A stretch of 35,537 nucleotides of DNA from an uncultured Bacillota bacterium (GCA_946540075.1 CAMNHZ010000002.1:1-35537), one strand, 5' to 3'. Shown: positions 24,378-34,981, counted from the stretch's first letter. Numbers and translations: made by a program. Notes: generated by a model not told the origin, from the sequence alone.

Positions 24378-26912
24378 ATGCTAGATAAAAAATATAATCA
24401 TATTAAAACAGAACAGGGAAAATATGAAAATTGGAAAAATAAAGGTTATTTTAAGGCATCTAATAAAAGTGGGAAGAATCCATATTGTATTGTTATTCCA
24501 CCACCAAATGTAACTGGTAAATTACATTTAGGACATGCTTATGATACTGCAATTCAAGATATTATTATAAGATATAAAAGAATGCAAGGTTTTGATGCTT
24601 TATGGTTACCTGGTATGGATCATGCTGCAATTGCTACTGAAGCTAAAGTTGTAAAAAGACTTAAGAGTAAAGGTATTAATAAGTATGAATATGGTCGTGA
24701 AAAGTTTCTAGAAGCTTGTTGGGACTGGACTCGTGAATATAGTGACACAATAAGAGATCAGTGGGGCGCACTAGGTTTATCAGTAGATTATGATAGAGAA
24801 AGATTTACTTTAGATGATGGATTAAATAAAGCTGTAAGAAAAGTATTTGTTGATTATTACAATAAAGGATTAATTTATCGTGGTGAGAAAATAATAAATT
24901 GGGATCCAGTCGCACAAACTGCATTATCAAATGAAGAAGTTATTTATAAGGATGTAGAAGGAGCATTTTATCATCTAAAATATATAATTGATGGAACAGA
25001 AGACTTTTTAGATGTAGCTACAACACGTCCAGAAACTTTATTTGGTGATACTGCTGTTGCGGTTAATCCTGATGATGAAAGATATAAAAAATATGTTGGA
25101 AAGAATGTTATATTACCAATAGTAGGTAAGAAGATACCTATTATTACTGATGAACATGCTGATCCAGATTTTGGAACTGGTGTAGTTAAGATAACTCCTG
25201 CTCATGATCCTAATGACTTTGAAGTAGGTAATAGACATAATTTAGAAAGAGTTGTAGTAATGAATCCAGATGCTACTATGAATGAAAATGCTGGTAAATA
25301 TAAAGGAATGACTCGTGAAGAATGTCGAGAAGAATTATTAAAAGATTTAGAAAAAGAAGGTCTTTTAATTAGAATAGAAAAAATGGTTCACTCAGTTGGT
25401 CATTCTGAAAGAACAGATGCAATGGTAGAACCATATCTTTCTAAACAATGGTTTGTAAAAATGCGACCTCTTGCGGATGCAGTACTTGATAATCAAAAGA
25501 ATAAAGATACAAAAGTTAATTTTGTACCTACAAGATATGAAAAGACAATGAATCACTGGATGGAAATAACATATGATTGGTGTATTTCTAGACAATTATG
25601 GTGGGGACATAGAATACCTGCTTGGTATAAAGGCGATGAAGTATATGTAGGAATGGAGGCACCAGAAGGAGAAGGTTGGAAACAAGATGAAGATGTACTT
25701 GATACATGGTTTTCTAGTGCTCTTTGGCCATTCTCAACTTTAGGTTGGCCTGATAATACAGAAGATATGAAATTGTATTTTCCAAATGATTGTTTAATTA
25801 CAGGTTATGATATTATTCCATTCTGGGTAAACCGTATGACTTTCCAATCATTAGAACTAAATGGTGTACGACCATTTAAAGATTGTATAATCCATGGATT
25901 AATACGTGATAAAGAAGGTAGAAAGTTTAGTAAATCATTAGGTAATGGTATAGATCCATTTGATATGGTTGAAAAATATGGAGCAGATTCATTAAGATAT
26001 TATCTTACTACTGATGTCGCACTTGGAACTGATTTAAGATTTGATGAAGTTAAAATAGCTTCAACATGGAATTATATAAATAAAATATGGAATGCTGCTA
26101 GATATGTTCTTATGAATATTGAAGGACTAGAAGAAATAGAAATAAAAGATTTAACATTAGAAGATAAATGGATTTTAACTAAATATGAAAAGATAGTAAA
26201 ATCTATGACTAAACATATGGATAAATATGAATTCAATATAGGAGCAGCTGAATTATATAATTTTGTATGGAATGATTTCTGTTCAAATTACATTGAACTT
26301 TCTAAGAAAAATATTGATTCAACAACTACTAAGAGTATTTTATGTATGATATTAGAAGGTATACTTAAGATGCTTCATCCATTTATGCCATTTGTAACAG
26401 AAGAAATATATCAGATGTTGCCACTACATGATGAATCTATCATGATAAGTGATTATCCTAAATATAAAAAAGAATATGTTTTCTCAAATGAAACTAAAGT
26501 TGTGGATAAAGTCTTAGAAGATATTGTAAATATACGTAATTTAAAAGCAACTAATTCTATTACAAAAGAAGCATTTGTTCAAATAAATAGTGTACTTAAT
26601 GAAGATGTATTATCTATTTATAAATCACAGCTTAAGATAAGTGATAAACAAATGGTAAAAGATGAAGTAGATGGTTTAAATAAAGTTGATTATGAATCTA
26701 ATAATATTAATATTTCTTATTTCTTTGAAGGACCTAAAGAAGATGAATCTAAAAAACAAGAGGAAATAAAGAAATTAAAAGATTCAATCGCACGTCGTGA
26801 AAAATTATTAGCTAATGAAAATTATGTTAATAAAGCACCAAAGAATATTGTAGATATGGATAGACAAAAACTTGAAGAAGAAAAAACAAAATTAGAATTG
26901 TTGTTAAAATAA
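24378..26912 (+). CDS. valS: Valyl-tRNA synthetase
   Basis: HIGH = [18 protein letters not shown] = [10 protein letters not shown]1 editing domain, C-terminal coiled coil. ATG 24378 (SD AAAGGA) is used. The track's GTG 24339 lies inside the T-box terminator stem. Confidence 0.97.
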   Translation: MLDKKYNHIKTEQGKYENWKNKGYFKASNKSGKNPYCIVIPPPNVTGKLHLGHAYDTAIQDIIIRYKRMQGFDALWLPGMDHAAIATEAKVVKRLKSKGINKYEYGREKFLEACWDWTREYSDTIRDQWGALGLSVDYDRERFTLDDGLNKAVRKVFVDYYNKGLIYRGEKIINWDPVAQTALSNEEVIYKDVEGAFYHLKYIIDGTEDFLDVATTRPETLFGDTAVAVNPDDERYKKYVGKNVILPIVGKKIPIITDEHADPDFGTGVVKITPAHDPNDFEVGNRHNLERVVVMNPDATMNENAGKYKGMTREECREELLKDLEKEGLLIRIEKMVHSVGHSERTDAMVEPYLSKQWFVKMRPLADAVLDNQKNKDTKVNFVPTRYEKTMNHWMEITYDWCISRQLWWGHRIPAWYKGDEVYVGMEAPEGEGWKQDEDVLDTWFSSALWPFSTLGWPDNTEDMKLYFPNDCLITGYDIIPFWVNRMTFQSLELNGVRPFKDCIIHGLIRDKEGRKFSKSLGNGIDPFDMVEKYGADSLRYYLTTDVALGTDLRFDEVKIASTWNYINKIWNAARYVLMNIEGLEEIEIKDLTLEDKWILTKYEKIVKSMTKHMDKYEFNIGAAELYNFVWNDFCSNYIELSKKNIDSTTTKSILCMILEGILKMLHPFMPFVTEEIYQMLPLHDESIMISDYPKYKKEYVFSNETKVVDKVLEDIVNIRNLKATNSITKEAFVQINSVLNEDVLSIYKSQLKISDKQMVKDEVDGLNKVDYESNNINISYFFEGPKEDESKKQEEIKKLKDSIARREKLLANENYVNKAPKNIVDMDRQKLEEEKTKLELLLK

Positions 26913-26919
26913 TAGATAT

Positions 26920-26950
26920 AAAAGTCATAGTTTAACTATGACTTTTAATT
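26920..26950 (+). terminator. Hairpin terminator after valS
   Basis: AAAAGTCATAG (26920-26930), loop TTTAA, CTATGACTTTT (36-46): perfect 11-bp stem. The trailing tract is TTTTAATT. Confidence 0.65.
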
Positions 26951-26967
26951 ATGTTTAATTAAAAGAT

Positions 26968-26996
26968 TTGCTTTTTAAACTTAAATATGATAAACT
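26968..26996 (+). promoter_or_regulatory. Candidate promoter of the orphan gene
   Basis: TTGCTT (26968-26973), 17 nt, TGaTAAACT (hexamer 26991-26996). Confidence 0.4.
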
Positions 26997-27027
26997 AGTC
27001 CATAATATTTTTGTGAGGGGGGTAATT

Positions 27028-28113
27028 ATGAAAATAGAAACAGTAAAAAAATATTTTGAAGCTTATGAAGCTTATATTAATGGAACAGAAGATGAATTTT
27101 GTGCGAAATATGGAGTTAATAAAAATGAATTAGTAGCTTTTACTAGATTATATCTTGAAAAACTTGGAAGTTTTGAAGAAATAGAGGAATATAAAAAGAG
27201 AAATAACGAAATTAAAAACGAATCAAAACCAAAAAATACAAAATTAGATGGTTATAAAATAGTTAATAAACTTTTAAATAATATAGATGATTTTGAATAT
27301 GTAATGGATGAATTAAAAAAACAAGATGTTTGTTTAAGTGGTACATTAAGTAGATATTATAATGTGTGTGATGATAAAGAAAAACCAAAAATTGAATTGT
27401 TATCAAAATACTATAAAGATTCTCGTTTATTAAGAGAAATAGATAGAATGGTTTCTTATAAGGATAATCGTCCTGATCCAGTTTTAAAACCAGTTGATGA
27501 ATCTGTATATGATTATGTTCAAACATTTATAGAGTCAACAGAAACTAGTATTAAAGCTTATGATACAAAAAATGGTCATGGTCGTAATTATTTTAGTTTA
27601 TGTATATCAAAATTAAAAAGATCTAATGATCCAAGAGCTGCAGCTTTAGTTGCTAAATATCAAGATGCTTCTAAGAATCCTCTTAAAAGATTTAAAAAGT
27701 ATCATCCAGAGTTAATTGGTAGTGTAAGAGATTTATATATTAAAATTATAAAAGGTAATTTTTGTGCTGTTGACTTTTATCTAGAAAAAGATGAAGAACT
27801 ATCATTTGAAGCTTATAAATTAATATCTAAATATGTAAGAGATAATAGTGCAAATATAAAGAAGAATAGAGCTCTTATAGGGACTATTGATGAATTATTA
27901 AAAGTTGATACAATAGAACGTAATTTACTTGAAACAAAATTAATATTTAAAAATTATGGTGAAGTAAGCTTAGAAGTAAATGCTGAAGTAGTTAACTATA
28001 TGAAAGAGAATAATATTCCATTAAAATTCCCATTATTTAGACAGTTAATAATAAAATATGTAAATAACGAATTATCATTAGAAAATGATAAAGTATTAAA
28101 AAAGACTAAATAG
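27028..28113 (+). CDS. Hypothetical Lys/Glu-rich, probably all-helical cytoplasmic protein (361 aa); no family recognised
   Basis: ATG 27028 with a strong SD GAGGGGGG. The track's TTG 26968 coincides with the predicted -35 box. No TM or signal peptide and no catalytic motif recognised. Possible HTH-like stretch EFCAKYGVNKNELVAFTRLY near the N-terminus. Confidence 0.6.
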   Translation: MKIETVKKYFEAYEAYINGTEDEFCAKYGVNKNELVAFTRLYLEKLGSFEEIEEYKKRNNEIKNESKPKNTKLDGYKIVNKLLNNIDDFEYVMDELKKQDVCLSGTLSRYYNVCDDKEKPKIELLSKYYKDSRLLREIDRMVSYKDNRPDPVLKPVDESVYDYVQTFIESTETSIKAYDTKNGHGRNYFSLCISKLKRSNDPRAAALVAKYQDASKNPLKRFKKYHPELIGSVRDLYIKIIKGNFCAVDFYLEKDEELSFEAYKLISKYVRDNSANIKKNRALIGTIDELLKVDTIERNLLETKLIFKNYGEVSLEVNAEVVNYMKENNIPLKFPLFRQLIIKYVNNELSLENDKVLKKTK

Positions 28114-28129
28114 TTTAATAAAATGTTGT

Positions 28130-28157
28130 AAAAGAGTTCAAATAGAACTCTTTTTTT
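28130..28157 (+). terminator. Rho-independent terminator after the orphan gene
   Basis: AAAGAGTTC (28131-28139), loop AAATA, GAACTCTTT (28145-28153), T-run to 28157. Confidence 0.75.
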
Positions 28158-28202
28158 GATACAATAAAGATTAGATTGAATTTGTAAAAGGAAGGTAGTA
28201 GT

Positions 28203-31200
28203 ATGGAAGAAAAGTTAAGCATATTATTAAATCAAATTAAATTTCCTAAAGAATTATATAAATATTTTGAAAATGGTGTTTTAACTAGGATTGTTGGTAA
28301 TAGAGATCATGATGTATATAGATTTATGATTAATGTAAAAGAAGTTTTACCATGTAATGTATATGATGTGTTTAATAATTTACTTCATACTGGTTTTCCA
28401 AAATTTAGAAAAGTATATGCTGTATTTTCTTGTGAAAATAAAGATAGTTCAAAATTAAAAGAGTACTATAGTTATTTTATGGATTTATATAGTAAAAATA
28501 ATGTGGCATTAAGCTATATGAAAAATAATTCGGTAAGTTATGAAGATGGTATTTTTACGATTGAAGTAGGAAATATTGCTGAGAAGATGAATTTTAGTCG
28601 TATTGAAGAAAAACTACTTGAGGATTTAAAGAATGTTGGATTTGGTGAATTAGGAGTTAGGATAGTTATCAATGATTCTAAAAATCAAGATGTAAAAAAA
28701 GCAATTGAAAATAGTTTAAAAGAAGTTCCTAAGATAAATATTATTAAAGAAGAAACAAAAGAGGAACCTAAAAAGAATAAATTTAAAAAGCGTACTAGAA
28801 CTAGAAATGATGATCCTAGTATTATATATGGAAGATTGATTGATAATGACATTACTCATATTAGTGATATTCTTGGGCCTATGAATAATGTTGCTTTAGA
28901 AGTTAATGTATTTGGAATTGATGTAAGAGAAACTAGAACTGACTTAAGAATTGTTACTTTAAAAATAACTGATTATACAGATAGTATATATGGTAAAATG
29001 TTTATTAATTCTGAAGAAGAATTAAAGCTAATTACTAGTTCAGTAAAAGAAGGTTGTTTTATAAAAGTTAGAGGTATAGTTAAAGATGATACATATAGTA
29101 ATGAGTTAGTTTTAAATATATATGATATAAATAAATTAGATCGTGAAGTAGAAAAACGTATTGATGATGCTTTAGAAAAAAGAGTTGAACTTCATGCACA
29201 TACAATGATGAGTCAAATGGATGGAGCAGTTGATGCTGCTAAATTAGTTAATCAAGCTCATGCATGGGGTCATAAAGCTATTGCTATAACTGATCATAAT
29301 GGTTGTCAGGCATTTCCTGTAGTATATAGATTGATTAAGAGTATTAATAAAGGTATTGAAAAAGAAGAAGATAAGTTTAAAGCTATTTATGGTACTGAAC
29401 TTACTATGATAGATGATGAAGTAAAAATTGTAGTAAGACCAACTGATACTAAACTTCTTGATAATGAATATGTAGTATTTGACTTTGAAACAACGGGATT
29501 TAATGCCGGTGGTAAAGATTCAATTATTGAAATAGGGGCAGTTAAACTTAAAGATGGAGTTATAACTGAACGTTATGATGAACTTATTAATCCTGGACGA
29601 AAATTACCTAGTAAGATTATTGAACTTACTAATATTACTGATGAAATGTTAGCTGATAAAGATAATGAAGAAAATGCTGTAAAAAGATTTAAAGATTGGA
29701 TTGGAGATTTACCTCTTGTTGCTCATAATGCTAGATTTGATACTTCATTCTTAGAAATGGCTTATAAAAAATATAATTTAGGAGAACTTACTAATCCTAT
29801 TATTGATACATTAGAATTATCACGTACTATGGATAATAATTTTGCTCGTCATAGTTTATCTGCTTTAGTAAAAAGATATTCTGTTCCATGGGATGAAGAT
29901 GCTCATCATAGAGGAGATTATGATGCTGAAGGTACAGCTTTAGTATTTCATAAGATGATGAAAAAGTTAGATAATCGTAATTTGGAGAAAATGACTGATT
30001 TAGATAGTTTGGTTTCTAAAGATGAGATCCATAAGTATGGTGAAGCATATCATATTAATATTTTAGTAAAAGATAAAGTAGGTCTTAAGAACTTATTTAA
30101 ATTAGTTTCAGCTGCTAATACTAAGTATTTATATAAGACACCAAGAATTCTTAGAAGTGAAATAGAAAAACATCGTGAAGGTCTACTTATAGGTAGTGGA
30201 TGTTATGAATCAGAAGTATTTAGAAAAGCTCGTAGTAAAACTGAAGAAGAACTAGCTAATATAGTTAATTTTTATGATTATGTAGAGGTTCAACCAGTTG
30301 ATGCTTATGATCATTTACTACAGATGGGTGATTTTGGTAATAAAGCAGAACTTATCGCAAATATTAAAAAGGTTATTCAAGTTACTGATGAAGCAGGTAA
30401 GTTTATAGTTGCTACTGGGGATGTTCATTATTTAAATCCTGATGATAAGATTTATAGAGAAATAATTGTAAATCAAAAAGTACCGGGAGGAGGGCGTCAT
30501 CCTCTTGCTAGAAAGAATATTACTAGTATACCTAATAATCATTTTAGAACAACAAAAGAAATGCTTGATGCTTTTGATTTCTTGGATGATGAAATGGCTC
30601 ATAAAATAGTTATTGAAAATCCTAATAAGATTGCTGATATGATTGGTATTTTAGAGGTAATAATTGAAACAGGTGGAGTACCATTCTCACCAAGAGTTAA
30701 AGGTGATGATGGTAATTATTTAGATTGTCCAAGAGTTGTTACTGATCTTGTATATAATAAAGCTAGAGATTGGTATGGTGATATATTACCAAGTAATATT
30801 GAAAAAAGAATAGCTACTGAGTTATATGGTGATGTTGTTCTTAATACCATTAAATCTAATTTAAGTAATAAGAATCTAAATGAGGAAGAGTTAGAAAATG
30901 AATCTTTAAAATTACTTCATAAAATTATATTAGAGGGATTTGATTCAGTAAAAGAATTAATTAAGACTAATATTATGGAAACATCAGAAGATAAATTAAC
31001 TGAAGAAGAACTTGAAAAAGAAGTAAAAAAGAAACTTGGAGGTATTATTGGTGGAGGATTTGATCCAATCTATTTGATTGCTCAAAGACTTGTAAAAAAA
31101 TCAAATGATGATGGTTTCTTAGTAGGATCTCGTGGTTCAGTAGGATCAAGCTTTGTTGCAACAATGATGAGTATTACTGAGGTAAATCCACTTCCTGCTC

Positions 31201-32825
31201 ATTATCGTTGTCCTAAGTGTAAACATAGTATATTTCATGATGAAGAAGGTAAAGAATTAGGATCAACATATTCAAGTGGATTTGATCTTCCGGATTTTAA
31301 GTGTCCAAAATGTGGAAGTGATATGATAAAAGATGGTCAAGACATGCCATTTGCTACTTTCTTAGGATTTAATGCTGATAAAGTTCCAGATATTGATCTT
31401 AACTTTTCTGATTTAAATCAAGCAGCTACTCATGAATATACAAAAGTATTGTTTGGTGTTGATAATGTATACCGTGCTGGAACAATTGGTACAGTTGCTG
31501 AAAAGACTGCTTTTGGATATGTTAAGGGTTATTGTGAAGATAAAGGTATAATGAAAAGAACAGCTGAAATAGAACGTTTAGCTAGAGGGTGTACTGGTAT
31601 AAAAAGAACTACTGGACAGCATCCTGGAGGTATTGTTGTTATTCCTGATTATATGGATGTATTTGACTTTACACCATTCCAATATCCAGCTGATGATGTA
31701 ACTAGTGCTTGGAGAACTACTCACTTTGATTATCACTCAATTGAAGATGATGTATTAAAACTTGATATTTTAGGACATTCTGATCCAACTCAACTTCGTA
31801 TGATTCAGGATGTTTCAGGTGATGATGTAACAAAGGTTCCACTTGATGATAAAGAAACAATGGATATATTCTTATCACCAAAACCATTAGGTGTAACTGC
31901 TGAAGAGATTATGTGTGATACAGGTACACTTGGAATACCTGAATTTGGAACACCATTTACTATCCAATTAGTAAAGGATACTAAACCAACAACTTTTGCT
32001 GAACTTATAAAAATATCAGGATTATCTCATGGTACTGATGTATGGTTAGGTAATGCTCAAGAATTAATAAAGAATAATGTTGTTCCTTTTAAAGAAGTTA
32101 TTGGGTGTCGTGATGATATAATGGTATATCTTATGTATCATGGAGTAGAACCAATTAAAGCATTTAAAATTATGGAGTTTGTAAGAAAAGGTAGGGCTAG
32201 TAAAGATCCTGATACTTGGTTACAACATAAAAAGACAATGGAAGATGCTGGAATTGAAAAATGGTTTATTGATTCATGTGGAAAGATAAAATACATGTTC
32301 CCTAAAGCTCATGCAGCAGCATATGTTATAAGTGCATTTAGAATAGCTTATTATAAAGTTCATCATCCTGTTTGGTATTATGTATCTTGGTTTTCAACTA
32401 AGGCAACAGACTTTGATATTGAAACAATGATTAAAGGATATGATGCTATTAAAGCTAAGATTAAAGAAATATCAGATAAAGGATATGATGCTAGCAATAA
32501 AGAGGCTGGTATTTTAGAAACACTTAAACTTGCTTTAGAAGCAACTGCACGTGGTATTAAATTTGCTAATGTCGACTTATATGAGAGTGAAGCAACTACA
32601 TTTAAAGTAAAAGATGATAAAACTATTTATCCACCATTTTCATCTATTGATGGACTAGGGGATACCGTTGCTAATAAAATAGTAAAAGAAAGAGAAAAAC
32701 GTCATTTCTTAAGTATAGAAGATTTGCAAAAACGTGGTAAAGTATCTGCTACTTTAATTGATAGAATGCGTATGATGGGAATACTTGATGGTATGGATGA
32801 ATCAAGTCAATTAAGTTTATTTTAA
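28203..32825 (+). CDS. polC: DNA polymerase III alpha subunit, PolC type
   Basis: PHP motif ELHAHTMMSQMDG. Inserted DEDD 3'-5' exonuclease (VVFDFETTG, AHNARFD, HRGDYDAE). Cys4 module CPKCKH...CPKCGS. Pol III core (GSRGSVGSSFVA, PDIDLNF). 1540 aa. SD AAGGAAGG. Confidence 0.97.
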   Translation: MEEKLSILLNQIKFPKELYKYFENGVLTRIVGNRDHDVYRFMINVKEVLPCNVYDVFNNLLHTGFPKFRKVYAVFSCENKDSSKLKEYYSYFMDLYSKNNVALSYMKNNSVSYEDGIFTIEVGNIAEKMNFSRIEEKLLEDLKNVGFGELGVRIVINDSKNQDVKKAIENSLKEVPKINIIKEETKEEPKKNKFKKRTRTRNDDPSIIYGRLIDNDITHISDILGPMNNVALEVNVFGIDVRETRTDLRIVTLKITDYTDSIYGKMFINSEEELKLITSSVKEGCFIKVRGIVKDDTYSNELVLNIYDINKLDREVEKRIDDALEKRVELHAHTMMSQMDGAVDAAKLVNQAHAWGHKAIAITDHNGCQAFPVVYRLIKSINKGIEKEEDKFKAIYGTELTMIDDEVKIVVRPTDTKLLDNEYVVFDFETTGFNAGGKDSIIEIGAVKLKDGVITERYDELINPGRKLPSKIIELTNITDEMLADKDNEENAVKRFKDWIGDLPLVAHNARFDTSFLEMAYKKYNLGELTNPIIDTLELSRTMDNNFARHSLSALVKRYSVPWDEDAHHRGDYDAEGTALVFHKMMKKLDNRNLEKMTDLDSLVSKDEIHKYGEAYHINILVKDKVGLKNLFKLVSAANTKYLYKTPRILRSEIEKHREGLLIGSGCYESEVFRKARSKTEEELANIVNFYDYVEVQPVDAYDHLLQMGDFGNKAELIANIKKVIQVTDEAGKFIVATGDVHYLNPDDKIYREIIVNQKVPGGGRHPLARKNITSIPNNHFRTTKEMLDAFDFLDDEMAHKIVIENPNKIADMIGILEVIIETGGVPFSPRVKGDDGNYLDCPRVVTDLVYNKARDWYGDILPSNIEKRIATELYGDVVLNTIKSNLSNKNLNEEELENESLKLLHKIILEGFDSVKELIKTNIMETSEDKLTEEELEKEVKKKLGGIIGGGFDPIYLIAQRLVKKSNDDGFLVGSRGSVGSSFVATMMSITEVNPLPAHYRCPKCKHSIFHDEEGKELGSTYSSGFDLPDFKCPKCGSDMIKDGQDMPFATFLGFNADKVPDIDLNFSDLNQAATHEYTKVLFGVDNVYRAGTIGTVAEKTAFGYVKGYCEDKGIMKRTAEIERLARGCTGIKRTTGQHPGGIVVIPDYMDVFDFTPFQYPADDVTSAWRTTHFDYHSIEDDVLKLDILGHSDPTQLRMIQDVSGDDVTKVPLDDKETMDIFLSPKPLGVTAEEIMCDTGTLGIPEFGTPFTIQLVKDTKPTTFAELIKISGLSHGTDVWLGNAQELIKNNVVPFKEVIGCRDDIMVYLMYHGVEPIKAFKIMEFVRKGRASKDPDTWLQHKKTMEDAGIEKWFIDSCGKIKYMFPKAHAAAYVISAFRIAYYKVHHPVWYYVSWFSTKATDFDIETMIKGYDAIKAKIKEISDKGYDASNKEAGILETLKLALEATARGIKFANVDLYESEATTFKVKDDKTIYPPFSSIDGLGDTVANKIVKEREKRHFLSIEDLQKRGKVSATLIDRMRMMGILDGMDESSQLSLF

Positions 32826-32860
32826 AAAAAACACGAAAATTTTCGTGTTTTTATTTTTTT
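32826..32860. terminator. Bidirectional terminator between polC and the convergent XRE gene
   Basis: Palindrome AAAAAACACGAAAA / TTTTCGTGTTTTTT centred at 32839/32840, flanked by an A-run and a T-run. Confidence 0.75.
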
Positions 32861-33064
32861 CTAATTTTTATACTCATCATAGAAAAGATCATCAGGTTTT
32901 GTATTTAATGCTGTGGCTATTTTTAATGCCATTTCATAAGATAATCTTTTTTGTTTGTTTTCTAATTGACAATAATAAGGTGTACTTATTTTTATTTTCT
33001 TGGCTATATCAGCCATACTAAGCTTGTTTTTAGTTCTTAATTCATATAACTTCTTATATTTCAT
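32861..33064 (-). CDS. XRE-family helix-turn-helix transcriptional regulator (67 aa)
   Basis: HTH_3 pattern LRTKNKLSMADIAKKIKISTPYYCQLENKQKRLSYEMALKIATALN. SD AGAGGT. Confidence 0.85.
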   Translation of the reverse strand: MKYKKLYELRTKNKLSMADIAKKIKISTPYYCQLENKQKRLSYEMALKIATALNTKPDDLFYDEYKN

Positions 33065-33145
33065 ATTTTATTACCTCTTTTCCGTGTTACACACACTAGT
33101 GATTAATAACAAAAAAATGTATCATTGTATTAGCAGGTGGTAAAA

Positions 33146-33442
33146 ATGAGTGTTAGTTTTAAAACTAGTTTAAAAGATACATTTGGACAAAATTTAAAAT
33201 ATTATCGTTACCAAAAAGGTTATTCACAAGAAAAACTTGCTGAAATGGTTGACCTTAATAGTAAATATGTTAGTGATATTGAAACAGGTAAATATAGTGT
33301 ATCATTTGAAAATATTGAAAGAATTGCAAAAGTATTGTCAATTGAAGCTTATCTTTTATTCAAATTTGATGATACTCATAATAAATTACCACTTAGGGTA
33401 GATATGCACCGTGTTAGTAAATATCACATAAATAAAAACTAG
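33146..33442 (+). CDS. XRE-family helix-turn-helix transcriptional regulator (98 aa)
   Basis: LKYYRYQKGYSQEKLAEMVDLNSKYVSDIETGKYSVSFENIERIAKVL. ATG 33146 lies 5 nt after SD AGGTGG. The track's GTG 33137 is inside that SD. Confidence 0.85.
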   Translation: MSVSFKTSLKDTFGQNLKYYRYQKGYSQEKLAEMVDLNSKYVSDIETGKYSVSFENIERIAKVLSIEAYLLFKFDDTHNKLPLRVDMHRVSKYHINKN

Positions 33443-33566
33443 TGTACATGATAATTATGGCATCTAAGATATTTTTTGTCAATTACATATAAGAATTAAA
33501 TTAAAAAAACTTTTCTTTTTTTTTTAACTATGCTATTATATTAATGTATAAAAGAGAGTGATAAAC

Positions 33567-34907
33567 ATGAAATTACCTAAATTTAATCTACATGCGGAAA
33601 AATATGTAAATGATGACGGAACTCCATATGTAAGTGACAAAGATCCAGTAAAAACATTAAGAGCGGTTGGAATTTTTTTCCTAGGAGTTTTTATTATAAT
33701 TATAATTTATTTTTTCGTACGAAGTATTACTAGAAATAATAGATGTTATAATATTGAATCTAAAATATTAGATGCAGGTTTTAATTATGCTAAACAAAAG
33801 AAAGTATTACCAGTAATAAATGGTGAAAAAGTTACTATAAAACTTAATGAATTTTCTAAGAAAGTTGATTTGCCAGATTCAGAATTAACTATTGATGATG
33901 AAAAATGTGATGCGGAAGTAACATATACAAAATATAATAATACATATGTTAAATCTATTAATTTAAAAGGTTGCGGGTATTGTGCTAGTAATAAGCGTTA
34001 TACTAAAAAAACAGGATCAACATCAAAATATGATCCTAGAAAACATAATGTTAAAGTAGTTACTACATATAATTATTATACAAGAGAAAGTTATTATACT
34101 GAATATACAGATTATATGGAAAGTGCAAAAGTAAAAAAGAAAGAATCTAAGAAGTATCATGTTTATTTACCAAAAGATAAAAATGAATTACCAGATACAC
34201 CAGAAGATGCTCATGTAGTTGCAATTGAACAAGAAGTAATGAAATATTATCGTTATAGAGATAAACAATGGTTATTCTATGAGAAGAATAATCCTAATTA
34301 TAGTGCTTATTCATCAGAAAAACCAAAAGGATATGCTTATAAGGATGAAGAATCTGTTAAGAATTCTAAATTATCTAAATGGACTTTAAATTATCCTGAT
34401 GAAAAAGAGTATCGTACTATAGAAGCTACTGTTGCTTATAGATGGTATTATAAAAAGGGAAGAAAGAAAATTTATTATAATAATGGTGCATATACAATAG
34501 ATCCACCAAGTAAGAAATATAAGAGATATGATAAAACAGCTAATATGTATAGATATTATGATGAACAATGGCGTTGGTATAATGGGCAAGAAAGAGATTA
34601 TTGTGGATATGATTCAACACCAAGTGAATATTGTACACATAAAGATGAAGATACATTGGATCATACTGAATGGTCAGGATGGGAACCTGATTCATATTTA
34701 AATCCTTCAAATGCTTCTTATCGTGAACAACAAGAAGATATATATTCTAGATATCGTATTAAATATGAAATTCATTCTTTCCCAATAATGAAAAATTATG
34801 TTGATAAAAAAGAAATTGAGGCAAAGATTGGAAAACCTATTGCTGATATAGTTAGTGATGAACATATAGGATTACAATATGATTATAAGTTCATATATGG
34901 TAAATAA
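33567..34907 (+). CDS. Single-pass membrane protein with a Cys-pair ectodomain and a Tyr/Trp-rich internally repeated region; no family recognised
   Basis: TM helix VGIFFLGVFIIIIIYFFV. Cys114...Cys136/Cys139 module. Two ~60-aa repeats: YYRYRDKQWLFY...KDEES...W...YR (aa 227-284) and MYRYYDEQWRWY...KDEDT...W.GW...YR (aa 327-387). ATG 33567 is preferred over the track's GTG 33558. Confidence 0.6.
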   Translation: MKLPKFNLHAEKYVNDDGTPYVSDKDPVKTLRAVGIFFLGVFIIIIIYFFVRSITRNNRCYNIESKILDAGFNYAKQKKVLPVINGEKVTIKLNEFSKKVDLPDSELTIDDEKCDAEVTYTKYNNTYVKSINLKGCGYCASNKRYTKKTGSTSKYDPRKHNVKVVTTYNYYTRESYYTEYTDYMESAKVKKKESKKYHVYLPKDKNELPDTPEDAHVVAIEQEVMKYYRYRDKQWLFYEKNNPNYSAYSSEKPKGYAYKDEESVKNSKLSKWTLNYPDEKEYRTIEATVAYRWYYKKGRKKIYYNNGAYTIDPPSKKYKRYDKTANMYRYYDEQWRWYNGQERDYCGYDSTPSEYCTHKDEDTLDHTEWSGWEPDSYLNPSNASYREQQEDIYSRYRIKYEIHSFPIMKNYVDKKEIEAKIGKPIADIVSDEHIGLQYDYKFIYGK

Positions 34908-34920
34908 TAAAGAATCATAA

Positions 34921-34960
34921 AGAGAAAGAAGATATTTTAAAATATGCTTCTTTCTTTTTT
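34921..34960 (+). terminator. Long-hairpin rho-independent terminator
   Basis: AGAAAGAAG-ATATT (34923-34936) pairs with AATAT-g-CTTCTTTCT (34941-34955), with one bulged G, then TTTTT. Confidence 0.75.
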
Positions 34961-34981
34961 GTAAAGATTAAATATTAATAA

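Noticed and set aside
25392-25595. 67-aa ORF on the - strand
   Set aside because: It is antisense inside valS.
27263-27526. 87-aa ORF on the - strand
   Set aside because: It is antisense inside the orphan gene. The + strand frame is far longer, has a strong SD and is bracketed by terminators.
33524-33552. TTAACT-17-TATAAA promoter upstream of the Tyr-rich membrane protein gene
   Set aside because: The match is acceptable, but the predicted transcription start (about 33559) would remove the only SD-like element (AGAGAG, 33553-33558) for ATG 33567. It is too inconsistent to list as a feature.
34386-34589. 67-aa ORF on the - strand
   Set aside because: It is antisense inside the Tyr-rich membrane protein gene, giving an Ile-rich low-complexity translation.
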